64,000 nucleotides of DNA from Piedraia hortae CBS 480.64 (lineage: Eukaryota): contig MU006005.1 of the NCBI GenBank assembly GCA_010093745.1, positions 5,934 to 69,933 on the forward strand, read 5' to 3'. Below, piece by piece: positions 38,469 to 50,407 of the stretch. The translations under genes and the position numbers were made by a program. The notes beneath the pieces were generated by a model that worked only from the letters and a program-made list of their open reading frames with translations, was not told the DNA's origin and searched no databases. Each line of letters starts with the position of its first letter. Positions within the stretch are counted from its first letter, which is position 1.

Positions 38469-38747
38469 CGCGGGCGACACAAAACAAATCGCGGGGCCCG
38501 GCAATTTACCGGAGCCGAGGCGCCCCGGGGAATGCGCCAAGCCTGCAAATGACATGCGGCTTAGTCACTCCACGTTCGTTTGCGCCATCGCAGTGGCCTC
38601 GTTGGTAATATTTGCCCGCTCCTGACGCGGAGATCGTCCTCCCCCAAACCTAAAATGGAAATCACCTGCGGTAGCACCGCGCAACCCTTCGGCCGCTTTG
38701 ATCTTTCTCCGTTTGCATTCTTTACTCCGCCCGCTCCTGTTTTCGCC

Positions 38748-40240
38748 ATGCGCGTAGCCCTGGGCCCCTTTATCCTCGTCCCTGCCCTGGCCGCCGCTGC
38801 GCAAGATGTGATCCGCGGTGTCAACTTGGGCGGATGGCTGGTCACGGAGCCATGGTCGGTCGTCCCGCGAAGATTATAGCCAGCAACCCAGAGCTAACCA
38901 GACCCACAGGATGACGCCTTCCCTGTTCCGTGCCACCAGTACCCAAGACGAGTGGCACCTGTGCAGTGCGCTGGGAAAGGACAAGTGTTACGCGCTATTG
39001 CAGGACCACTGGAGCACCTTCTACACAAGAGACGACTTTGTCCAAATAAAAAAGGCGGGGTTAAACTCGGTGCGGATACCGCTGGGCTACTGGGCCGTCG
39101 ACCTTCTCAGCTATGAGCCGTATGTGTCGGGACAGTACCCCTACCTCATCAATGCCGTGCGGTGGGCAAAAGATATTGGCCTGACGGTCATGATAGACTT
39201 ACACGGCGCACCGGGCTCTCAAAACGGTTGGGAAGAGTCGGGAATCACGGGGCCAGTAGAGTTTCCCGCAAACCAGACCAACACGGATCGCACCATAAAG
39301 GTGTTGAAGAACCTTACGGACGAGTTTTCACAGAGCACTTATGGAGGCGCCGTCATCAGCATCGAGCTACTGAACGAACCCAAGATGGACTTTACTGTCT
39401 TATCGAATTTCTATTCTGCCGCCTTCGAGACGGTCGTTGCCGGAAATGCCAGTGGCATCAACGTGACCATACACGGTATGTTAGGACCTTGCAATTATGT
39501 TTCCCTAGCTGGTATGCTGACAAAATTTCGCAGACGGCTTTTTCCAGCCGCACTCATGGGCCAACTACCATCCTACGTCGGCAGCGGCCACAGAGTCTGC
39601 CGAATACCTCTCAATAGACACGCACCAGTTCTGGGCCTTCCCCCCACTCGACAACCTTACGAAGCCAGAAATTCTGGATGCCATCTGTGACTTCGGCCAG
39701 CAGCAGCTGCACATGACGTCGGGCAAGTACACTGGCATTCTCCCGACCGTGGTAGGCGAATGGAGTCTCAGCACTGGCATCACGGGAAATTCCACGACGC
39801 AATCACAAAATGATCCCGAAAAACGTACCTGGTTTCGGACACTGTTCGAGGCCCAAAATGCTGCCTACACGCCAAAGGGGCCCGGCCAACCGTCGATTGG
39901 GTGGTATTACTGGGCGTGGAAGACAGAATACGATATCGATGCCTGGTCGTACCGAAGAGGGATCGCGGAAGAATACATCCCGTCCGACGTGTCGGATTCT
40001 TCAAAGTTCGTCTTCCCCATCAAGCCAAATGGGTGCATAGACGAAACTTTTCATTACTCTGCGCCGAAATCGGTGCCAACATACACAGCCAGCGACGCAG
40101 TCCCTTCGTCTACATCGACAGCGACGGGAAAGCCCAAGCACAAGGGCGCTGGCACACACTCTTATGACACACCTGGATTACTCAAAGTTTTGCTTAGTAT
40201 GGCGTTTTGTACAGGGTTGGGCGGGCTTCTGCTGCTATAG
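38748..40240 (+). CDS. Secreted GH5 exo-beta-1,3-glucanase-like protein, probable GPI anchor
   Basis: Signal peptide, RGVNLGGWLVTEPW, DLHGAPGSQNG, ELLNEP and VVGEWS, then a Ser/Thr stretch and hydrophobic C-terminus. Two introns (~38855-38909, ~39476-39533). Confidence 0.9.
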
Positions 40241-40283
40241 GGGGACTCATGATCATAATTAGCATGTACGTTATTAACACTTT

Positions 40284-40624
40284 TCACCACAACTTTTTGA
40301 ACATCCACCAGAGCAACAGCACCGATATCACGAGCCCCGCTGCAAGCTTGAAAATGGCTACCGGCTCTCCCCGCCGGGCCATGATGCCCAGCTTACGCAT
40401 GGAGCTCCGTACCCCCGCCCCCGCCGACGAGAACGTTTCGCCCGTGCTCTCGATCAGACTGTGGTCACTTGCGCGGTCGTAAATGTCCATGGTCACGTCC
40501 CGCAGCTGCGATACCTTTTGGGACAGCGCAGCGAGACTGTCATTGTTCTGTCTAATGTACTCTGTTAATCACGTATCATTAGTAGCAGAGGGCCACTTGT
40601 GTACCGTTCACGTTCGTAGTCCAT
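40284..40624 (-). CDS. SFT1: Golgi Qc-SNARE Sft1/Bet1-like
   Basis: MDYERER|QNNDSLAALSQKVSQLRDVTMDIYD SNARE motif plus C-terminal TM helix. One intron. Confidence 0.85.
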
Positions 40625-40969
40625 ACTATTGCTTTTGCCAGACTTTATGGCCCGATGCGGGCTGTTTATGATCGGGAAATCGGTCCGGAACCGGTTGCAG
40701 ATTTGTGTGCGAGTGGTGTGATGTTTCTGTGAGACGTAAAGTGACACGCAGCGGAAAAATGCCCGTTTGTACACGCACGAGCAGCAAAGGAAAATGCGCT
40801 GGTGCACGGCTCCTTCTCTAATGCCATCTGTCATTCTTCTTCTTTCCACCACACTACAGTGGCGTAATCTTGGCACCATCGCCTTGTAGCGTCATCTATC
40901 TCTACGACCAAGGGTCAACACCCCACACGGCGTTTTCAAAGCACAATGCAAATTTATTAATTGTGAAAT

Positions 40970-41330
40970 CAATCGTAGAATTAGTCGTCTCCCATTTGGG
41001 GAAACTTCCGAACGTCTTGCTTTTTCCATCAAGGCCTACGTAATGGGGTGGAGATGAGGGCCGGGCCTCGGTCACCGTCGCCATCCGGCCACAAACAACA
41101 CAAGTGGACAGGGATCTGGCACAAGAACGATGCATGATCCATTACACAAAAACGGGTGTCCTCGATCAGGGTGGCTTTGACCCGCCCCGGTTACGAGGGT
41201 GTCGTGTTGGCGGAAACCACATCCCACCCTGCCACGTAATTCCTGGAGGCAACGGGGATTCGCCATTGCCTCCAAAACGAATTATGCGGCAAAGGATTCT
41301 TGGCTATTTTTACAGCCCGCATGCTGCCAA
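40970..41330 (-). ncRNA. Candidate structured non-coding RNA (unidentified)
   Basis: Series of stems in a non-coding gap, several completed by G-U pairs only on the minus strand. The largest spans 41227-41295. Confidence 0.3.
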
Positions 41331-41464
41331 ATCATAATTCTCTGGAACCAACCACATGACGGTGGCTTGATAATAACGGCCTTGGAGCGTTGTGTGGATG
41401 GCCAGAGAACAATCGCTAACCGATACTCACTTAGACAGTTTCGTGAAGCAAAGACCGGTGCAAA

Positions 41465-42490
41465 ATGCCCATCTCTATCAACAACCCGCTCCCCTCGTCG
41501 ATGAGCAGTCAGTCAACTTACCATACCTTGACATTTTGCTGATGACCAGGCGAGACGAGGAAATGCGCCAAGATACTAGAGTCCTTTATTGATCCGAAAC
41601 AAGCCTTTGGCCCGGACAAGGTCATTCCACGCCATGTTTTGGCGCAGGCAAAAGGGTTTGCGATCCTGACCGTATTCAAAGCCGGGTTTCTTGGGTCTGG
41701 TCGCTTTGGATCCGGTGTGGTTGTGGCTCGACTATCAGATGGAACATGGAGCGCACCTAGTGCCATTGGGACCGTTGGCGGTGGCTTTGGTGGACAAGTT
41801 GGCTTCGAGCTGACAGACTTTGTGTTTGTCCTAAATAATGACATGGCTGTTAAGACGTTTGCCCAAGCAGGAAGCCTAACACTTGGAGGTAATGTGGCTG
41901 TCGCCGCTGGACCCGTTGGACGTAACGCCGAGGTGGCAGGTGCTGCTTCGATACGTTCAGTTGCAGGCGTCTTTGCCTACAGTAAGTCCAAAGGCCTCTT
42001 TGCCGGCGTCTCGCTCGAGGGCTCGGTGCTGGTCGAACGTCGGGATGCAAATGAAAAGATTTACGGCCAGAAGTTTACAGCACGTCAACTGTTGGAGGGT
42101 AGTGTTCGCGCTCCTCCTCAAGCCGATGCACTTATGCAAGTTCTTAGAAGTATAGGAGACTCGCCAAGGTCGATATTCGACGGTGTCCATGAACTACCTT
42201 CACACGCGAATCCAAGTGAGACATTTGATCGATTGGAGCGACGAAGATCTACCCTCTCAGGAGATAAGAGGGTGCCGCCAGCGAGGCCTCTAGGTCCTAA
42301 ACCCATCCTTGAGCGGCCCAGGGCTGTGGCCAAATTCACCTTTGATGCGGAAGCGGATGGAGACTTGGGCTTCACCAAGGGCGAGATAATAACCGTTATC
42401 AAACAAACTGAGTTGGAGACCGACTGGTGGGTGGGCAAGATTGGGGAGCGTGAAGGCGTGTTCCCATCAAATTATGTTCAGATGCTGTAG
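41465..42490 (+). CDS. YSC84: Ysc84/Lsb3 (SH3YL1) actin-patch protein, SYLF + SH3
   Basis: INNPLPSSM|..KAGFLGSGRFGSG, WSAPSAI and KSKGLFAGVSLEG, with a C-terminal SH3 (WWVG..GVFPSNYV). One early intron. Confidence 0.92.
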
Positions 42491-42550
42491 CCTCTACTGA
42501 AAAGCTTGACACGGCGAACTGCCCTCATTGCCTGATGACGGTATCGTGAT

Positions 42551-43162
42551 CGGATATAACCGGGAGTTCCCCTACTTTGTCCGACTACAAGGGAAGTCAC
42601 TTTCCCAATTTGGAGTGTGTTGTGAAAACTTTGCAGTGTGGGAGAGAGTCTTGGCATAAGTGATCGACAACGCAGGTACATTTGAACATCCATACACAAT
42701 CCTTCTCGCTCACATTCCACCCATGCTGAATATCCATCTATCACTGATCTGAGATTCAGCATCGCGAGTCGGGCAAAGCCGGCAGCCAATGGGTGGAAAG
42801 AATGTTCGGCAATTCGCGGCTTACAAGCTTGTAAGCTTTTGACCTCTACTAGAACAGTATGTATTCCGCTGCCAAAGCCCCGATCACCGAACTGCCGTAG
42901 CATTCTCTTTACCTCGTTTCAGGTCGTCTCTAATGCTTCATCTCGGATTGATGTGGCTGAGCACACCTGGTGAACAGAATCCAGTCATGCATAACCGGAA
43001 GTTGCACTATTCGCAGAGACTGGTAGGTCATGCCGGGTTCGTAGGAAGATCCGGGATTCGTCTACTTGGCCAATATTCGACACGTGACAGCCAATAACAC
43101 ATGTCGCTCCGCATTTCCCCGAGCTTTTGGACCAAATCGTCCAGTCAATCGGGACGGCCCGG
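42551..43162 (+). promoter_or_regulatory. Three CGG-N7-CGG sites upstream of PCK1 (AcuK/AcuM, AOD2/AOD5-type)
   Basis: CGGatataacCGG at 42551-42563, CGGgcaaagcCGG at 42770-42782 and CGGgacggccCGG at 43150-43162. Confidence 0.65.
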
Positions 43163-43297
43163 GAGAGGAGAAGACCAGCACAAGCAAGTCATTGACCGAG
43201 GCGGTAGCGAGAATGCCCCTCTCCTTTCTTTATTTAATCCCATCGTCCTCTATACATCACCATTATAACTCAGCATCTCCACTCCACCTCTGTCAAG

Positions 43298-45436
43298 ATG
43301 GTAGCTGTCAACGTTAACAAAACCGCCCTGCATCCAAGCGGTGTAGCGTAAGTACCCTGTCGTGCTTGCATCGCTCCCTGGCATTAATGGACCCACAGCC
43401 CGCAGGTAGAGCACACCGAGATCGAAGAAGAGCTGCATGAGCGCGCCCATATTGACTACGATCGTGTTGCCATTGTTCGTTTGCAACTCTCGAGCACAGA
43501 GAAGACGTAGCTGACCATTAGATTGCAAACCCATCTGTACCGGCACTGTACGAAGATGCTCTGGTATACGAAACAGGTTCAGCCATTACATCCTCCGGAG
43601 CTCTATCTGCCTACTCTGGGGCTAAAACAGGACGCTCGCCGTCTGACAAGCGTATTGTGCAAGAAGAGAGCTCCGAAAAGGACATTTGGTGGGGTCCTGT
43701 GAACAAGCCGATGACCCCGGAGGTGAGTGCCCCGCACAAAGTCACGTGGTCTCCTAACCATCCAGGTCTGGCGTATCAACCGCGAGCGTGCTATTGACTA
43801 TCTCAACACTCGTAACCGCATCTACGTTATTGATGGATATGCTGGCTGGGATGAACGCTACCGCATCAACGTGCGTGTCGTTTGTGCCCGTGCCTACCAT
43901 GCCCTCTTCATGCGTAACATGCTTATCCGGCCCTCCCGGAAGGAGCTGGAACACTTCCATCCAGACTATGTCATCTATAACGCTGGTGCTTTCCCTGCCA
44001 ATCGCTACACCACTGGAATGACGTCGTCCACTTCGGTTGCAATCAATTTCGCCGAGCGTGAGATGGTCATCCTGGGCACCGAGTACGCCGGTGAGATGAA
44101 GAAGGGCGTCTTCACTGTTCTCTTCTACGAGATGCCCATCAAGCATAATGTCTTAACTCTTCACTCGTCGGCCAACGAAGGCCAAAATGGCGATGTCACC
44201 GTTTTCTTTGGTCTTTCTGGCACGGGCAAGACTACCCTCTCGGCTGATCCCAAACGAGCCCTCATCGGTGATGACGAGCACTGCTGGACTGACCGCGGCG
44301 TCTTCAACATTGAAGGTGGCTGTTACGCCAAGTGCATAGGCTTGTCCGCTGAGAAGGAGCCCGATATCTTTAACTCGATCCGCTTTGGATCGATTCTTGA
44401 GAACGTTGTTTTTGACCCGGTCACTCGCGACGTCGATTATGACGATGTGACGCTGACAGAGAATACTCGTTGCGCCTACCCGATCGAGTATATCGCGAAC
44501 ACAAAGATTCCCTGCATCTCCAGCAACCACCCCTCCAACATCATCCTGCTCACCTGCGACGCCCGCGGCGTCCTTCCTCCGATTTCCCGTCTGAATCCTG
44601 AGCAAACCATGTTCCACTTCATCAGTGGCTACACGTCCAAGATGGCTGGAACTGAAGTGGGAGTTACGGAGCCGCAGGCAACCTTCTCCTCATGCTTTGC
44701 CCAGCCTTTCTTGGCGCTGCACCCTATGCGCTATGCACGAATGTTGGCCGACAAGATGAAGGAGCACAACGCCAATGCCTGGCTTCTCAACACCGGCTGG
44801 GTCGGTGGAGGGGCTACTACGGGTGGCAGCCGCTGTCCTCTGCGCCACACTCGTGCCATTCTCGATGCCATCCATTCAGGTGAGCTTGCAAAGGCCGAGT
44901 ACGAGACGTATGAGACTTTCAACCTGTCCATTCCCAAACAAGCAGGTAACGTGCCGCCTGAGCTGCTCAACCCGCGCAAGGGATGGCAGGGAACTGCTGA
45001 CTTCGGCGATGAAGTCAGCAAACTTGCTCAGTTGTTCAACGAAAACTTCAAAAAGTACTCCGATGAGGCAACTCAGGAAGTTATTGATGCTGGACCAAAG
45101 GTATCGCATTCTTTGCAGTCTGCATCTTCGTCGGCTCCTTCGCAATCTGCTGCTACGCAACCGGCCACCTCGCACTCCGCTCCTACTCAATCAGCCGCCT
45201 CGCATTCTGCTTCTTCACAGTCCGCTACGAACGGCTTTGGAGGCGAAAAGACTGTGAATGCGGAAGGACTCAAGGGCACCACGTCTGAGGTACCGACTGC
45301 TAGTGGAAGCAAGGGAATTTTGTCTGAGGGTCATACACAGCAGGCCACTGTACCAACAAATGTGGAGGAAGAGGCAAAGTTTGGTGCAGCTGAAGCGACC
45401 AAGATTGCAGAGACTTCGCACCAGCAGGCGGCATAA
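43298..45436 (+). CDS. PCK1: Phosphoenolpyruvate carboxykinase (ATP)
   Basis: [41 protein letters not shown] and TENTRCAYP. Three 5' introns and a Ser/Ala-rich C-terminal extension. Confidence 0.97.
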
Positions 45437-46082
45437 GTCTAGGTAAGATAGGAATTTAGGATACCAATGTCTTGATCATCTAGCGCACTGCCATGCGGTC
45501 AATTTGAGCGATGTCCACTGGAGTCATCACTGCTTTTTAGCAGTTCTTTTCCAGGTCTTGGCAGTTCTCCTTAGCTCTCCTTAGCTTTCCTTTATTTCCA
45601 TTCTCAAGTACACGGTCCCGATTACTCGGCAGAGAGCTCCACGCATCATCCAAACTTCGGCGGTACTATAATCCCGAACGTATCGGTTACTAGCGATTAT
45701 CTGCAAGATATCTATTACGCACAAATATCGACGTCTTGGCATTTTGGGCTTAGGTACACCACCGTAACCTTTGTTAGCACAAAGCAGTCGTTGTTGGAGA
45801 ATCGGAAAAAGACAAACTGGGATGATCTGGAATACAGCTCACAGCAACACATCGGCCATGCTGTTCCCTCGCGACCCTTTGTCCCCGACAAAACCCTGTC
45901 TAGTAGGAGGTCGAGGTTGGGTAATGTGTTAACAATGAACAATCTCATTGGAAACATGGTCTTTTTGTTCGGCTATGTTTTTCGGAAGTCACACAAAGAG
46001 CAAGATATATATCTTTCGACTGCCGCCTTTTTCTTCGTCAATATCGGCACTCACATCACAGCTCTCCCCTCATCCTACTGCA

Positions 46083-48029
46083 ATGGCACATAATTTCAAC
46101 TTAAATACAGGGCAGGATTCCACTTTCGACTTCTCTCAGGAAACGTTCGACTTCACCCAAGAGCAGACCTCTCTTTCTTCAGATGACCTGACCGCATTTA
46201 GCGGCCGGTTAGGCCAGAAAAGCGCACCAGCTCACCCAAACAACGGTCTACAGCCTCCAGCCTACACTAGGCCTTTTTTGATGCCTCGAACTCAAAAATC
46301 CCCGATGTTCATGCCTTTAGGACAATACTCGACACCACAGCTTGTGTTCACTGGAGGGACTTGCCCAACAGGCGAGCCAATCTTCAATTCAGTACCTCAG
46401 CCCACATTCTCTGGGGGCACTTGTCCGACGAGCGTGCCAACCATGCACCCGACCCCTCAGCCCGTGTTCTACGGTGGATTTTACTCGGCCGCTCGGCCGG
46501 GGTCCCATGCCAGCAATTGTCTAACTCTACAGCCTCAAGCTTTCCAAGCCCCATTTCAGGTGCCCCATTTCCAGACACACCCGGGCTTTGCACTGGATCC
46601 GCAGCTTATGGAACCTGGCCCGGTTGCATCAGAAGGCACAACTGAAAGCAAGCGTTCAGAGCCAGTTGAGTGCATTTGTGGATCTGGTACTGACAAGACT
46701 CGAGTTAAACGACCGCGAAACGCATTCATCTTCTTCCGCATTGCAAAGGCCCAGGACATCCAACGCCAGCTGAAAGCGCAGGGTCTGACCGGAGCTCTCA
46801 ACCAGAAAGTGTCCATGATCGCTGGAGAGATGTGGCATAATGCCTCCGAGAGTGAGAAGCAACATTACAATGACAAAGCGGCTGAGGAAAAAGCCCGCCA
46901 CGCTGCTGAGAACCCGGGATACAAGTATCAACCACGTAAGGCCGGTGGACCCAGGAACGAAAAATTTGGTACCCCCTTCTGCACTTGTGGGGTTTATGAG
47001 GCGAATGTACAGCGTGCTTCTCAGGCGGGGAATCATTCCATTCCTGTTCCCGCGATTCAGGTACCAGTGTCGACGGCTTCAGTGCCATTGGTTGCGTCGA
47101 AATCCAGGGCTCTGATCGGCGCGTCCGTTGAGAATCTAACTGCATTTGCTGATTCGAACACTCTTTTTTCTATGGAAGACCTCTTCCCATCACCACCACA
47201 GCCGGTTCAGTTTCAGCAGAACGCCTATCCTCAGCAGAACGTCTGTTCTCAGCAAAGCGTTCTTCAGCAAAACGCCGATTCTCAGCAGAGCGTTCCTCAA
47301 TGGGACGCCTTCTCCGACCCTGCGAGCCTGTTTACTGAGCAGACAGTTCTTCCCAACCCTGGGAACTTCCTTCCTGAGCAGAACGGAAGCTTACATCCAC
47401 AGCAAGTTAACACCAACGCAACTATGGACCCCAACGTAACTGCTGCTTTCGACCTCCTTTCGATAGACGACTGGACATTTGGCGACCTTTCAGCACTAGA
47501 CGAACCTCTCGACATCGAAACTCCAGAGACCGAAGTTCCGATAATCACCTTCCCGAAGCCAAAGCAAAATGGTGCCCCAGCGCAGACTGCTGAGCCTGCC
47601 GTACTTCAATCAAAGCTCGCTCTCCCACAATATAACCCCGCCCTCCTCAAATTTACCGTTCCTTCATCTAGTGACCCCTCCAGCTTGTCGAGTGCTTCAC
47701 CCGGAGCGGAACTCATCAATACGGATCATTTCAACCTCGACCACTTCATCATTGACCCTGAGGATGAAACAACAGACTCCCTCTTTAATGATGATACAGA
47801 TCCTCTATTCGGTTCCTTACCCCCTACAACTCCCCAACTACCGGCTTCTGGCCCGCCCTCGTCGCCCAATGTGTCTATTGTGACTGTACAGGGGATGAAT
47901 AGAGACTTTGAAGTCCAAGCTGCGGGCCCGTGGAGGAGGGCGTCCCTTGAGATCAGTTCCCGGGATGGGATTGCCGGGAAGAGAAAGTTTGAGGAGGAAG
48001 AAGGGGTAACGAAGAGGGTGAAGGTGTGA
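46083..48029 (+). CDS. MATA_HMG-type HMG-box transcription factor (intronless)
   Basis: RVKRPRNAFIFFR...VSMIAGEMWHN...HAAENPGYKYQPRK. First in-frame ATG at 46083; acidic C-terminal half and terminal bipartite NLS-like KRK..KRVK. Confidence 0.85.
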   Translation: MAHNFNLNTGQDSTFDFSQETFDFTQEQTSLSSDDLTAFSGRLGQKSAPAHPNNGLQPPAYTRPFLMPRTQKSPMFMPLGQYSTPQLVFTGGTCPTGEPIFNSVPQPTFSGGTCPTSVPTMHPTPQPVFYGGFYSAARPGSHASNCLTLQPQAFQAPFQVPHFQTHPGFALDPQLMEPGPVASEGTTESKRSEPVECICGSGTDKTRVKRPRNAFIFFRIAKAQDIQRQLKAQGLTGALNQKVSMIAGEMWHNASESEKQHYNDKAAEEKARHAAENPGYKYQPRKAGGPRNEKFGTPFCTCGVYEANVQRASQAGNHSIPVPAIQVPVSTASVPLVASKSRALIGASVENLTAFADSNTLFSMEDLFPSPPQPVQFQQNAYPQQNVCSQQSVLQQNADSQQSVPQWDAFSDPASLFTEQTVLPNPGNFLPEQNGSLHPQQVNTNATMDPNVTAAFDLLSIDDWTFGDLSALDEPLDIETPETEVPIITFPKPKQNGAPAQTAEPAVLQSKLALPQYNPALLKFTVPSSSDPSSLSSASPGAELINTDHFNLDHFIIDPEDETTDSLFNDDTDPLFGSLPPTTPQLPASGPPSSPNVSIVTVQGMNRDFEVQAAGPWRRASLEISSRDGIAGKRKFEEEEGVTKRVKV

Positions 48030-48625
48030 TAGGATAGGCTGTTGCTAGGATGTTCCGAGTGAACTCTTTACTCTGGTCCATGGACAACATATTTGAAAGT
48101 GTGCTACTTTCCTGCGCGTTTCACTGATGGAAACAGGTGATTATATACTACTCGCACTGTAACTCCTCATGCTGCATGACTCAATGATCGCGTTTCACAG
48201 GGAATATCAACGATGTATGATGGAGTGAAAAGTAAACAATTTCGTAAATGAGTTCGGGTGCTTTTTAGTCCACAAATTATCATGGTAACGTCGTCGAGAG
48301 TACTGGTCAATTCTTTTCTCCCCCAAGGGAGGGAGGAGGCTGCTCCGCTTGTTGCCACTCAGCAGCCATTCCAGGATGTTTAGCTGAGTGTGAGACAACT
48401 GAAAGGCATTTGGGAGTCGGTGAATGGTGGCACTAGATGGACGACATGAGAACGGGTGCTTACAATGGCGGCGGTGTTTGACTGGTGTCATAAATGATAG
48501 ACGAATGGCGCTACGTAGAGCCAAAATAGAAAGCAATTTTTGTGAGGGAGGCGACTTATTCTGTGCTATTTTGGCGTTCATTATGAATTCACAAGATGGC
48601 ACAATGTTATGTGATAGAAGATTGA

Positions 48626-49437
48626 TGATGATGATGATTGTTTTTACGCCAGGGCGGAAACGGCCGCGTACGACCGCTTGCAGCCTCCCCAAGGGCATGA
48701 GGCGTGCTAGTCTAGGCACTCTATTACAGAACATGTTCGGCTTAGCCAGCAGATCGAACCCCGTGGTGTTGCACGTATGTCGTTTGCATAATGCTTCCGC
48801 CACTTGGGGAGTACGCGATTTTACGCCCGAGGGCAGATGTCCCGGTGAAACCGAATGTTACGCACGAAGACGATGTCCTTTGGCTGCCGTATTGGCTGCG
48901 CAAAATATCGCTCTCTCTCTCCCTCATTCGATGGTTTCCATGGGCCTTGCCAAAGCCGCTGCCACGCTCTCCAGTGATCAATGGCCCGCCGGCAGTGGAC
49001 AAGGTGGTCGGATGTTTTCGGTCGCCCGCAGCTATAGTTGAGAGCGGCATCCTCATGGCGAAATCGGCGATGGTATGTCGCGAAGTCACCGTTCCCAGTG
49101 CGCATCGCGAGTAACCGGTGCAATACGGGTCGCTCAAGATGCAACGACTCGAATCCCCGGGCATGTGCGACTTCCGATAGTCTCTAGCCAGCTTAGGCTG
49201 AATCACTCTCCAGTGTTGGGTTATCTGGTCGTGGAGCAGGCTCTTGGTCTGTGCCTTGATGCTCGCTGCCGTTGGACCGGCCTCCTCGTCACGAGGGCCT
49301 TTGCAGCCGCCCTTAGCTAGGCCGTCGGCAAGGTCGTTACCAGGTATGCCGGAGTGTCCCGGGCACCATTTCACCCTCACACCGTACAGCATGGCTTTCT
49401 GGTGAAACTTGTGGAACGCCCAACGTGATTGCACTGA
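48626..49437 (-). mobile_element. 5'-truncated, frameshifted LINE (Tad1-like non-LTR retrotransposon)
   Basis: RNase H end (KWCPGHSGIPGNDLADGLAK), Cys/His finger region (RTGNGDFATYHRRF..CG..H..HC) and (ATC)n tail. 12-bp TSD ATAGAAGATTGA at 48614-48625 and 49438-49449. Confidence 0.92.
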
Positions 49438-50020
49438 ATAGAAGATTGACGACGACTTTACACGGATGTTCGAGAGCTAAACCGAAGAGAAGCATGCGCC
49501 ACACGCCAATTGAGTGTTGCCCCGCATTCGCCAAGATCACACCACAGCGCCCAGGAAATCGGCGATCTTCCTTAGGCTCTACCTTACCATACACTGCATG
49601 CCGGCGTTCTGCGTCCGGCAATGGCACAGCCTGTTATCCATTGCATATCCTCACTGTAAGCTGGCCGTCTGAGATATGACGACATAACCCTAACAAGGAA
49701 GGCATATAAGACGAGTGGACAGCAGTATTCATTATCTCTTGTTGTGAAAATGCGGTATATTACGCGCATTATTAGTAACCGGCGCTCGGCTCTCGACTTC
49801 ACGCGTCAACTAGTTTTCCGTAGAGATTTGTATGCAGGTACACATCTACTTACAATCATAATATCTTTCTCTAGCATTCATCATCTTTCTCTTATCTTCT
49901 TTTCACCTCATTTTCACCGCACCATCATTCACCCGATCTCTCCATCATCTTGGTCCATCCACTCTCTCATCTCGTCTTGTTCTATGGTGCCCCTAAGCCA
50001 CCACTATCGGTGATTCCAGC

Positions 50021-50213
50021 TGATAAAACGTGAGGTATGGTCCGTAGATTGCATTCTGGGGGGCTATCCGCCTATATAGGGAAACCCGGAAGAACAGACA
50101 AGCTTTGTCTTTATTTGTTTGTCAGACAAGCAGAGTAGATACCTTGTATCGCCACAACATCATTCTTGCCAGACCTGACGGCATCCCGGGGAATTCCCCA
50201 TAATCTTTTAACA
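50021..50213. mobile_element. Solo-LTR-like repeat, copy 1 (193 bp)
   Basis: TG..CA ends with imperfect terminal inverted repeat (TGATAAAA/TTTTAACA) and internal TATATA. Ungapped match to 58427-58619 with 15 mismatches counted by eye. Flanks CCAGC / TTTTT. Confidence 0.88.
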
Positions 50214-50407
50214 TTTTTATCATCGCGCAGCTGTGACCGGTCCGTCAGATTATGGCCTGCCTTCGGCGTCGTGTAAGCACGATTCAAGCCTGTGAGCCCG
50301 TGATTCAGGTCGAATAACATTGATTCCTCAAATGAAGGGCGCCTGCAGTGAGATCTTCTATGAGGGAGAGAGCTCCTCAGGAGAAAGAGAGAGAAAAAAA
50401 TAACCAA
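50214..50407 (-). pseudogene. 5' half of a decayed ORF split by the LTR rearrangement
   Basis: Frame ...TDRSQLRDDK joins in frame through the shared AAAAA to KNLIDLLIDTSK... at 58426. Confidence 0.45.

Noticed and set aside
41300..41330. SRP RNA or snR30/H-ACA snoRNA
   Set aside because: The GGCTGTAA start is suggestive, but no SRP helix-8 motif was found, and H/ACA spacing and the snR30 m2 motif do not fit.
30496..45436. Glucose-regulation gene cluster (UBC8, RGT1-like, PCK1)
   Set aside because: The genes are interspersed with unrelated ones, and no shared motif was seen. Proximity is likely chance.
46083..48029. MAT1-2-1 mating-type gene
   Set aside because: It lacks the conserved HMG-box intron, is long with a centrally placed box, and has no APN2/SLA2/COX13 context.
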